Below are positions 56,144-64,000 of a stretch of DNA of 64,000 bases, in pieces. A program made the position numbers and the translations under genes. Every line of letters begins with the position of its first letter. Position 1 is the first letter of the stretch. Source of the DNA: a bacterium (GTDB lineage Bacteria > UBA8248). Below the pieces are notes generated by a model. That model saw only the letters and a program-made list of their open reading frames with translations, was not told the DNA's origin and searched no databases. The stretch spans positions 1,728,001 through 1,792,000 of the forward strand of contig OY843592.1 of NCBI GenBank assembly GCA_963692865.2. The letters run 5' to 3'.

Positions 56144-57295
56144 TCACCCGCCCTTGAGCGCGGGCATCACCTCCCGGGCGAACTTCTCCATGCTGGACGC
56201 GGCCTTCTCCACGCCCAGGTTCCCGAAATGAAAGTAGATGACCATCCCGCCGAAGTTCATCCGGTCTTTCTGGGCCATCAATTCATCGCGCACCTCATCG
56301 GCGGTCCCCACGGCCGCCATGCCATCATTCATGAGTTGCTCGGGCGTCCGCGCCTCCTCGCCGATCAGACCCAGGGGTTTCTCCGCCCCGGGCGCGTCCG
56401 CGGTTTCCGGCTTCGGGGACGCGGGCTCCGGCAGGCTGCCCGGAAAGCGGCGCCCGAGTTCCGCCAGAATCTCGGGCTGCGCGCCGTAGAGGTTTCGCCA
56501 GTAATACGAGAGCGCCGGCCCCGCCTCATCAATCGCCTGGGCGCGCGAATCCGCCACGTAGACCTGGTGTTCGAGCCAGACGTGCTCCGCCCCCGCCTCC
56601 CAGCCGCGGGCGCGGCAGCGCTCGCGGTAACGGGCCGCCTTTTCGAGCAAGTCCCTGAAGGGCCTGTGGCTCAGCACGACGGGGGTCCTCGTCTTGGCGC
56701 CCCAGTCGAGCGAGGCGTCGGAATCCGCCGGGAAGAGGATCGGCGGATGGGGCCGCTGCCAGGGCCGCGTCCAGAGCTGGCAGCGCGGGTAGCGGAAGTA
56801 CTCGCCCTCCCAGTCGAACGGCTCGCGCTCGCGCCAGGCCTTCACGATGAACTCCCACGCCTCCTGAAAGCGCCCCCGGCTCTCGGCCGGGTCCACGTTG
56901 TAGGCCAGATACTCCCTGTGCGCCCCGCGCAGGAACCCGGCCACGACCCGCCCGCCGCTCAGCACGTCGAGCGCCGCGACCTCCTCCGCCACGCGCAAGG
57001 GCTGGGGATAGAGCGGCAGACAATAGCCGAGTATCGCGATCTTCGCCCGCCGCGTCCGCGCGGCGATGTGGCCCGCGAAGACGCCCGGCGTGGGCATCGA
57101 GCCGAAGTGCGTGCCGTGGTGCTCGTTCAGGCCGATTCCGTCGATTCCCGCCGCCTCGACGCGCTCCCAGAAGCGGAAATGCGACTCCCACAGGGCGTGG
57201 GCCTTGCGGGCGTCGAACTCCGAGGCGTCGTGCGGATAGCGCGTCCTGCCCTCCAGGTAGGGCCAGGGGATGGTGTCGAACGAATAGATTTGCAC
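56144..57295 (-). CDS. LLM class flavin-dependent oxidoreductase
   Basis: NEHH, P.R.AEE.A.LD.LSGGR...G..RG...EY, P.Q.PHPP, FA.EVMP. Confidence 0.9.
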   Translation of the reverse strand: MQIYSFDTIPWPYLEGRTRYPHDASEFDARKAHALWESHFRFWERVEAAGIDGIGLNEHHGTHFGSMPTPGVFAGHIAARTRRAKIAILGYCLPLYPQPLRVAEEVAALDVLSGGRVVAGFLRGAHREYLAYNVDPAESRGRFQEAWEFIVKAWREREPFDWEGEYFRYPRCQLWTRPWQRPHPPILFPADSDASLDWGAKTRTPVVLSHRPFRDLLEKAARYRERCRARGWEAGAEHVWLEHQVYVADSRAQAIDEAGPALSYYWRNLYGAQPEILAELGRRFPGSLPEPASPKPETADAPGAEKPLGLIGEEARTPEQLMNDGMAAVGTADEVRDELMAQKDRMNFGGMVIYFHFGNLGVEKAASSMEKFAREVMPALKGG

Positions 57296-57410
57296 GAATC
57301 CGCCCTCCCCGCCGCTGAACGCGTTCGCCCGCGCGGCGGATTCCGTTATCGCCGGAGCGAGGCCCGGGGAGGCGTCACTCCCCGTCGCCGAACACGAGGG
57401 AGGATTGAAT

Positions 57411-57486
57411 TGGTGGAGCTGAGGGGGATCGAACCCCTGACCTCATGACTGCCAGTCATGCGCTCTCCCAGCTGAGCTACAGCCCC
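57411..57486 (-). tRNA. tRNA-Ala (GGC)
   Basis: GGGGCTGTAGCTCAGCTGGGAGAGCGCATGACTGGCAGTCATGAGGTCAGGGGTTCGATCCCCCTCAGCTCCACCA; G3-U70 pair, encoded CCA. Confidence 0.97.
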
Positions 57487-57583
57487 ATGCAGGTGGAATT
57501 TCCTGAAAACCCCGAGGGGTGCGAAGGAATGTAGCGGAAACCGCGAGTCTAAGTCAACGCAGAAACGAGTGGAACGAAGCGTC

Positions 57584-58714
57584 TTAACCGCCGGGGTCGG
57601 GCTCGCGAACGAATGCCCGCACCTGATCCGCAAGGTCTGTGAAATCGGCGGCGCCCGTCGCGTCTTCGGCCAGGATTTCCACCTCATCCGGCCCGCTCGC
57701 GCCGAGACCGAGTTCGACCGCGCGCCTGATCTGGCGGTGCGACCAGACGGGATAATCGCGCAGGAGCTCGGCGCCCATCGCGCGCACCACGGACGCGCCC
57801 ACAACGTCGACGGCGATGCGGTCGTCCCCTGCGATGATCACGTCCGGCGCGCGCTCCTCCCCGGTGTAGGGGCCGCCTGATATCCAGCACTTCGTCCCGT
57901 CGAGCACGATCAGGGAAGGTGAATAGAGCAGGTTCGTCTCCATGATCATCTCCGCCATCTGGGAGACGAAATGCGCGCGAACGCGGTCTCTCGGGTGCAC
58001 GAACCCGTAGACGTTCTTGAGCGAGAGGCTGAAGCGCGGCCCCCCGCCGTGGCTCTTCATGGTGGGCAGGTTGACGACGTGCCCCCCGGGCCGCATGAGG
58101 CGCTCGATGCAGTGCACCCACCCGCCCCAGCGTATCGCACCAGGCACGCGGGCCTTCACCCAGGGCTCCTCATCGAAGCGCAGGAGGCTCACGCCCGTCC
58201 GCGCCTGAAAATCGTTCATCCCCCAGCGCTCGAAATTCCCGCGCGCGGGCAGGGATAGCAAGCCGCCCATCTCGCCCACGGCCAGATCGCCGCAGCCCGC
58301 CTCTTTCAGGAGGGCGACGACGGTTTCGAGCGTATCGGGATGCGTCGAGGCCGGGAACGGATCGGCCGAGTTGAAGTTGGGCTTCAGGAGCGCAGGCGCA
58401 GGCGAGTCGATGATGTGCCGGACCCCGCCCAGTTTCTCGACCGCCAGGCGTATGGCCTCATCGCGCGTTTTCCCGCGCACCAGGGCCACGAGGCTCTTGC
58501 CGTCTCTCTTGAGCCGGGGCGCGCGGAGGGGCGGGACTTCCGCTTCGGGGTAAACCTGCTTCGTCTCCTGGAGCGCGCGGTAGGCGGCCGATTCGTCGAA
58601 ATCGAGGACTTTCCTGAAATTCTCGGCGCGCGTCGCCACCGGCGTATCGAGCGGCACTATCATTCTCGCATCCTCCCGAAGAAGATGGTTATCCTGAATT
58701 CCCCCAAAAATCAT
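57584..58714 (-). CDS. DUF362 domain-containing protein
   Basis: LKPNFNS....P..T, NLP..K.H, FS.SLKN..G, L...D, D..A.D; start uncertain. Confidence 0.8.
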   Translation of the reverse strand: MIFGGIQDNHLLREDARMIVPLDTPVATRAENFRKVLDFDESAAYRALQETKQVYPEAEVPPLRAPRLKRDGKSLVALVRGKTRDEAIRLAVEKLGGVRHIIDSPAPALLKPNFNSADPFPASTHPDTLETVVALLKEAGCGDLAVGEMGGLLSLPARGNFERWGMNDFQARTGVSLLRFDEEPWVKARVPGAIRWGGWVHCIERLMRPGGHVVNLPTMKSHGGGPRFSLSLKNVYGFVHPRDRVRAHFVSQMAEMIMETNLLYSPSLIVLDGTKCWISGGPYTGEERAPDVIIAGDDRIAVDVVGASVVRAMGAELLRDYPVWSHRQIRRAVELGLGASGPDEVEILAEDATGAADFTDLADQVRAFVREPDPGG

Positions 58715-58957
58715 TCTACCCCGAAGGGCGGTTTTGCGAAACCATGCTTCGATGCTCTCATCTCCAGCGATGATGCCGGAACGAAAGCGGAGAGACAGCG
58801 GATATCTGCCCGGATGAAATTGTCTTTCGCCCGCTTCCTGTATTAGACTCTGGCCCCATCAGCGCAAGGCAGGACAAGCGAGTCCAATAGACGCATCGCC
58901 TCCCGAAGCCTCCCGAAGCGCCTCGACGACGATCCTGCACCTGAAGAAAGGTTTTTC

Positions 58958-59794
58958 ATGCTTTTTTTCGTTCAGTTCCTGGCGATGGGCCTGGGCGTCG
59001 GCGTGCTGGGCACGCTGGTGGGCGCGGGCGGCGGCTTCATCCTCACGCCCCTGCTCCTGCTGATCTTCACCGACCAGCCCTCAGAAGTCATCGCCGCCAC
59101 TTCGCTCAGCGTGGTCTGCCTGAACGCCCTTTCGGGTTCGGTCGCCTATTACCGCCAAAAGCGGATCGACATGAAGACCAGCGTTTCTTTCGCCCTGGCT
59201 GGCTCGGTCGGGGCGATCATCGGCGTCTTCGCCACAAGCGAGGTCGCGCGCGGGCCGTTCGACTTCCTGCTGGGCCTGGCCCTGCTGATCCTCTGCATCT
59301 CCATCATCAACCCGCCGCCTCCCTTAGAGGCGACAAGCAAAAGTCCGGGCGGCATCGGCGCGCTCGCGCACCGGCGCATCGTGGACAGCCAGGGCACAGT
59401 TTACGAATACGCCTTTCGCTTCCGGCTCGGCGCAGCCTTAAGCTCCATCGTGGGTTTTCTGGCGACCTTCCTCGGCATCGGGGGCGGCCCCATGCACGTG
59501 CCGCTGATGATACGGATCTTAAGGATTCCGCCACACATCGCCACCGCCACATCGCAGTGCGAACTACTCTTCACCACCGCCCTCGCCGTGGCGGCGCATT
59601 TCATCCTCGGAAACCTCCACGCGATGAAGAACGTCATCCTTCCCCTCGCGATCGGGATAATCGTAGGCGCGCAAGCGGGCGCCGCGATATCGCACCGGGT
59701 GAAATCCTTGACACTCACGCGCATCCTGGCGGTGTTGATGACGCTGGTCTCCCTGCAGCTTCTCTACAAGGGGGCGAGCGAATGGCTGTGGTGA
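58958..59794 (+). CDS. Sulfite exporter TauE/SafE family protein
   Basis: G.LVGAGGG....P, GIGGG...VP, A.ATS; about 8 TM segments. Confidence 0.9.
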   Translation: MLFFVQFLAMGLGVGVLGTLVGAGGGFILTPLLLLIFTDQPSEVIAATSLSVVCLNALSGSVAYYRQKRIDMKTSVSFALAGSVGAIIGVFATSEVARGPFDFLLGLALLILCISIINPPPPLEATSKSPGGIGALAHRRIVDSQGTVYEYAFRFRLGAALSSIVGFLATFLGIGGGPMHVPLMIRILRIPPHIATATSQCELLFTTALAVAAHFILGNLHAMKNVILPLAIGIIVGAQAGAAISHRVKSLTLTRILAVLMTLVSLQLLYKGASEWLW

Positions 59795-59930
59795 TTCGCG
59801 CCTCGCTCTGGCAAACAAGCGCTGCGTATGTGAGAATGCAGCCTCTGGTGAAAGACCAATTGGACAATTCCATCCATTTCATTCAACGAGACGTCCGCAC
59901 GCAGCGGCGGACGAGAAGGAGAGTTTGAAC

Positions 59931-60713
59931 ATGTCGGATAGAGTAACCGTCGTCGAGGTAAAAGACAGAACCCTCTGGGTGGGGCTGAACCGCCCCAAAA
60001 CGCTGAACGCGATGAATTTCCAGATGATCAACGAAGTCATCGAAGCCTTCACGCGGCTCGATGAGGACCCCGACATCGGCGTGGGCGTTCTCTACGGCCT
60101 GAACGGGAATTTCTCATCGGGCGGCGACATGGACATGATGCTGGGTCTGAACTACCAGACGGGCCACGTCTGGAACAACAAGATGCGCCGCCTTTGCATG
60201 ACGCTCCGAAACTCCGGCAAGCCGACCATCGCCATGGTGCGCGGCTGGTGCATCGGCGGCGGCAACGAGTGGCAGCTCTACTGCGACCTGTGCATCGCGA
60301 GCGAGAACGCGACGTTCGGCCAGTCGGGCGCGCGCGTGGGCGCGCTGCCCGTGGTGGGCGCCACGCAGTACCTCCCGCTTCTGATGGGCGACCGCAGGGC
60401 GCGCGAGATGCTGTTCCTCGCCAAGCGCTACCCCGCGCAGGAGGCGAAGGAAGTCGGCCTCATCAACGAAGTCGTGCCGGATGACGAACTGGAGAAGACG
60501 ACCGAGGAGTGGTGCGCCACCATCAACTCCCACGCCCCGGCCACGCTGCGCTACATGAAGACGAACCTGAACTTCCTGGGCGACCTCCACTATCCCTCCT
60601 GGATGCACGGCAGCGAACTGCTGAACGCCGTGTGGAACAACGAGCAATCCGTCGAGGGAATGAACGCGTTCAAGGAGAAAAGGCCGCCGGATTTCAGCCG
60701 CTTCCCGAGGTAG
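59931..60713 (+). CDS. Crotonase family (MenB/BadI-like) enzyme
   Basis: NRP..LNA, FSSGGD, GW.IGGGN, FGQ.G..VG, EG..AF.EKR.PDF. Confidence 0.88.
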   Translation: MSDRVTVVEVKDRTLWVGLNRPKTLNAMNFQMINEVIEAFTRLDEDPDIGVGVLYGLNGNFSSGGDMDMMLGLNYQTGHVWNNKMRRLCMTLRNSGKPTIAMVRGWCIGGGNEWQLYCDLCIASENATFGQSGARVGALPVVGATQYLPLLMGDRRAREMLFLAKRYPAQEAKEVGLINEVVPDDELEKTTEEWCATINSHAPATLRYMKTNLNFLGDLHYPSWMHGSELLNAVWNNEQSVEGMNAFKEKRPPDFSRFPR

Positions 60714-60748
60714 GGAAACGATTCATTATCCCGGCCGCCGCACCCTTA

Positions 60749-61340
60749 GGGGGTTGTTGAAAAAGCCCGATGCGGCGCAATCCCCTACTCGTCCTGCGCA
60801 GCCCGCCGCTCCGCCTCACCCTGAGTAGCGCGAAGCCGCGTATCGAAGGGCGAAATTCGCGCCCGCCGGAGAGATGCGCCCCCATCCTTCGATACGGCGC
60901 TTACGCGCCTACTCGGGATGAGGGTTCGGAGCGCTTGCCCGGGATGAGAGCGTCAAGCGTTCCGCGAAGCCCGATGCCGCGAGGTGGGTCAATCCCGACC
61001 GGCGTCCCCTGCACATCCCCCCCTCGAATGACGACCGTAGCGGACAGGCCCCAGCGCCTGTCCGAGGTCGCTACGAAGCGGCGCGGCTTTGTTCGTCATT
61101 CCGGCGAAAGCCGGAATCCATTTGTTTTGCTTTGTTTTTTATTTTCTGCCTGGTTCTCGCCAATGCCGAGTAAATGAAAAGCCGGTGTATTGTCATTCTG
61201 ATCGAGAATGGATTCCGGCTTTCGCCGGAATGACGGCCGGAGACTGCGAATCCCGGAGTAATAGCCCCTCTTCGGGGCTGCTCCACAAGCCCCCGCCGCG
61301 CTGTCCTGATGAAGGACAACCACGGGGGGTTGTCCCTACA
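60749..61340. repeat. Large mosaic cassette (E, D doublet 60814-60922, B, A doublet 61094-61235, B)
   Basis: Motifs visible; located between convergent genes. Confidence 0.88.
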
Positions 61341-61356
61341 AGCGCAAACCCGGCCC

Positions 61357-62004
61357 CTACCGGGCGTAGCCCCTGCGCTTGTAGACGCCGGGGGAGCCGG
61401 GCTCCTGGCGGTAATAGCTCCGCACGCGCGCTGTCCATTCCGAAGCGTTCATGTGCTTCCATTCGGGCGTTCCGCGCACGGATTCATCCTCCATCTCATA
61501 GAGGACGATCATGAGCCGCTCCCCCTCCACGGGGCTGTAGCGGCGCATGCGCCTCACCCCCGGCACCTTCTCGCAAAGCGGGCCGCGATCTTGGGAGTAC
61601 CAGCCGTTGAAGTCGGCGAGTCTGTCCTGGGGCACGTTGATCCTGCCGAACTGGACGACGGGGGCGAGGCCCGCCGCATCCACCGAGGGGAAATCGGGCG
61701 GCCGGGCGGGCAGGCCGGGATAGACCTGCGCGCACACGAGGCGGATGTGGGTCCTCGGGGTGGCGGGGAAGCGCATTTCTGCGGCGTCCATGAGCGAGGC
61801 GAACTCCTCGCCGTAGAACACGTGGACGTTCTCCGCCTCCATGAGGATCAGGCAGCGCGGCGCGCCGTCTACGGCCTCATAGACAGCGCCTCCGTTCACG
61901 CCCGGAACTTCGAGCATACGCGAGAGACGAACCTTGTCGAGCCACCCGAGCGCCTGCTCTTCCTCGCCTTCGGCGAAGTCGAACAACTCGGCGAGCAAAC
62001 CCAT
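61357..62004 (-). CDS. Hypothetical protein, tandem dimeric alpha-beta barrel (EthD/DUF4286-like)
   Basis: Two repeats of W......VPGV.....Y..V.G....L..YE. Confidence 0.65.
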   Translation of the reverse strand: MGLLAELFDFAEGEEEQALGWLDKVRLSRMLEVPGVNGGAVYEAVDGAPRCLILMEAENVHVFYGEEFASLMDAAEMRFPATPRTHIRLVCAQVYPGLPARPPDFPSVDAAGLAPVVQFGRINVPQDRLADFNGWYSQDRGPLCEKVPGVRRMRRYSPVEGERLMIVLYEMEDESVRGTPEWKHMNASEWTARVRSYYRQEPGSPGVYKRRGYAR

Positions 62005-62071
62005 GCCGTGTGTGCGTACCAAAAGAATCTTGCCTCTTTGGCGACGGGAAATAGAATGGGGAGAGTCTACA

Positions 62072-62365
62072 CTATTTCTTCTGGAGAGCCACCCGTATCG
62101 TGCCCCCGTACTGCGCGGCCACCAGATGATGGGGGCGATATCCTTCCTTGACGATCTCGACCGTGAACGTATCCGCGTAATGATCCTTGATCTTCTTCCA
62201 GGGGATGAGGACCGGCGATTTCCCTATCTTCTCCTTGCCGAGCTTCACCGTGGCGCCCGGAGGCTCCGTGATCACCTCCACGCCGCGCGGCACCATGTCG
62301 CCGCACGCGCTCAAAACGAAAACGGCGGCGAGAAGCGCCAATCCCATGCCGAGGGTCTTGCGCAT
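62072..62365 (-). CDS. PEGA-domain lipoprotein
   Basis: Lipobox LSAC; TEPPGATV....IG.SP, KEGY. Confidence 0.78.
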   Translation of the reverse strand: MRKTLGMGLALLAAVFVLSACGDMVPRGVEVITEPPGATVKLGKEKIGKSPVLIPWKKIKDHYADTFTVEIVKEGYRPHHLVAAQYGGTIRVALQKK

Positions 62366-62457
62366 TCTTCGTTTCTCCTTCATTGCTTTACACATCGAAT
62401 CCCATATACGTGAAGCGGGCGCGACCCAAAAGCCTTCATCTTGACTTTCAGGGGATT

Positions 62458-63006
62458 ATGAACGCATATCTTGACAAAATCCAGCCGCGAAACGCACCTT
62501 CAGCGAGAATATCGAAACGAGAGGAGTTCCGCTTGCGCAGGCACCGCTATTATTTCGACCTCATACTTGAGGGCATGGACAAATACAACCTCGCCGACTG
62601 CATCGTGGACGAATACCTGCCCCTCACCGCGCAGATGCCCATCTGGGAGATTGCGGAAAAAATCCGCGAGGGGCACTTCCATTTCGAGCACGAAAGCCCG
62701 GAGCCGCTTGAGGAATTCCCGAAAAACCTCGAAGCCTTCAGCGCCTATCTCCACCAGGTGGTCAAGGGCTTTCACGCGGTGGAAGAGGCGGAAGACACCC
62801 AGGTCCGTCTCGTCGAGGCCCAAAAAATCCTCGCGCTCCGGGGCGAGGTCGTCACACTACCCTTGAGGCTCCCGCCCACGCTCCGGCTCAACGACCTGGA
62901 TCCCGACGCCGAGGATATCGACCACATCGAGGCGCGCTGGCCGGACTACCCGCGCTGGCTCCAGGACGGGATGCGGCGAAAGCATCCCTACTTGAGGCGT
63001 CTGTAG
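62458..63006 (+). CDS. Hypothetical protein
   Basis: Typical GC3-rich codon pattern over most of its length; start uncertain. Confidence 0.55.
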   Translation: MNAYLDKIQPRNAPSARISKREEFRLRRHRYYFDLILEGMDKYNLADCIVDEYLPLTAQMPIWEIAEKIREGHFHFEHESPEPLEEFPKNLEAFSAYLHQVVKGFHAVEEAEDTQVRLVEAQKILALRGEVVTLPLRLPPTLRLNDLDPDAEDIDHIEARWPDYPRWLQDGMRRKHPYLRRL

Positions 63007-63024
63007 CGGGCGGGGAAAAGCAAA

Positions 63025-64000
63025 TCAGGGGCTGATCTTCAGGAAGTTCGGGTCGCTCTCGTCCCCGGAGGGGTCGAGCGTCTCGCTCACGCCGTTCCCA
63101 TCGCCCGCGCGCGGGGTCTCCTCGGCAGGAGGCGTGCGCTCACTTTCATCCTGTTCATTCACCTGACCCGCTTCGAGTTCTCCCGGCGTTTTTTCTACGG
63201 AGGAGAACTGCGCGAGGTCCTCTTCCTCGCCCGCGTCATGCGCCTGAAGCGCGCGCGGGGTTCTCTCCAGCGGGGATATCCGATCGATCTCGCCTTCGCT
63301 CCCCGGCGCGACGCCCAGTTCCCGGAACTTCCGCGCCGACACCAGCACGCGCGTCTCATACGAACCCACCGCCTTGTTGTAGGCCTCGACCGCCCTGTCC
63401 AGGCCCCGGCCCATGGTCTCGAAATGTTTCGAGAGCGTTTTGAGACGCGCGTAAAGTTCCCCTCCAAGCGCGCTCACCGCCTGGGCGCTCTCGGCCACCT
63501 TCTCCTGCCGCCAGCCGTAGGCCACCGCGCGCAAAAGGGCGATGAGCGTCGTGGGCGTCGCCAGAATGACCTGGCGGCTTACGCCCTCCTCTATCAGGCC
63601 GGGTTCCTGCTCCAGCGCCGCGCTGAAGAAGCTCTCCCCGGGCAGGAACATCGCCACGAACTCGGGCGTGGACTCGCACTGATCCCAATACGCCTTCGAA
63701 CCCAGGCGGTTCATGTGGTCGCGAATCTGGCGCGCGTGCTCTCCCAAAAAGGCGCGGCGCGCGTCCTCGTCTTCGGCTTCGAGCGAATTCAAGTAGGCTT
63801 CGAGCGGCGCCTTGGCGTCGACCACCACGTTCTTCCCGCCGGGCAGCTTCACGATGAGGTCGGGGCGCAGGCGCGCCTCCTCGCCCTCGAGCGTCTGCTG
63901 CTCCACGAAGTCGCAGTGCGCCACCATGCCGGCCATCTCCACCACGCGCCTTAACTGCATCTCCCCCCAGCGGCCGCGCACGCTGGGCGCGCGCAGGGCC
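63025..64000 (-). CDS. rmuC: DNA recombination protein RmuC (5' end outside window)
   Basis: RG.WGE.QL, RPD.IV.LPG...[21 protein letters not shown]. Confidence 0.93.
   Translation of the reverse strand, partial: ALRAPSVRGRWGEMQLRRVVEMAGMVAHCDFVEQQTLEGEEARLRPDLIVKLPGGKNVVVDAKAPLEAYLNSLEAEDEDARRAFLGEHARQIRDHMNRLGSKAYWDQCESTPEFVAMFLPGESFFSAALEQEPGLIEEGVSRQVILATPTTLIALLRAVAYGWRQEKVAESAQAVSALGGELYARLKTLSKHFETMGRGLDRAVEAYNKAVGSYETRVLVSARKFRELGVAPGSEGEIDRISPLERTPRALQAHDAGEEEDLAQFSSVEKTPGELEAGQVNEQDESERTPPAEETPRAGDGNGVSETLDPSGDESDPNFLKISP

Noticed and set aside
57411-57486. tRNA-Ala as an island integration site
   Set aside because: No integrase nearby and no duplicated tRNA 3' end noticed in the window.

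Overview
High-GC bacterial chromosomal segment with no phage or plasmid hallmarks. It holds about 60 mostly catabolic or redox genes: LLM monooxygenases, TPP enzymes, an acyl-CoA dehydrogenase, a hydantoinase A/B operon, an amidase, GGT, an SCS-like ligase pair, PPOX/F420-type proteins and a crotonase. It also carries tRNA-Ala(GGC), a partial rmuC and about six toxin-antitoxin-type loci, one of them decayed. Four points stand out. (1) About 19 intergenic regions are mosaics of four palindromic repeat families: A = CGTCATTCCGGC-GAAA-GCCGGAATCCA doublets, B = GTAG-tagged hairpins, C = ACTCCCCCCTTGAGGG...CCCTCAAGGGGGGAGT units, D = CTCATCCYGAGTAG...GTATCGARGG units. These are often bracketed by ~15-bp inverted termini GGGGTTGTTGAAAAA (family E), and four such cassettes have 4-bp flanking duplications. 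(2) A small GIY-YIG nuclease gene is flanked by inverted family-D repeats, and gene-less D doublets occur elsewhere, resembling a REPtron/REPIN arrangement. (3) A two-domain rhodanese has an in-frame TGA at the catalytic Cys position followed by a SECIS-like hairpin, so it is probably a selenoprotein that the ORF track truncates. (4) An IS110/IS1111-type element sits in the loop of a family-C hairpin and has a ~300-nt downstream non-coding region, a candidate bridge/seek RNA. All product calls come from motif recognition by eye; no database searches were run.
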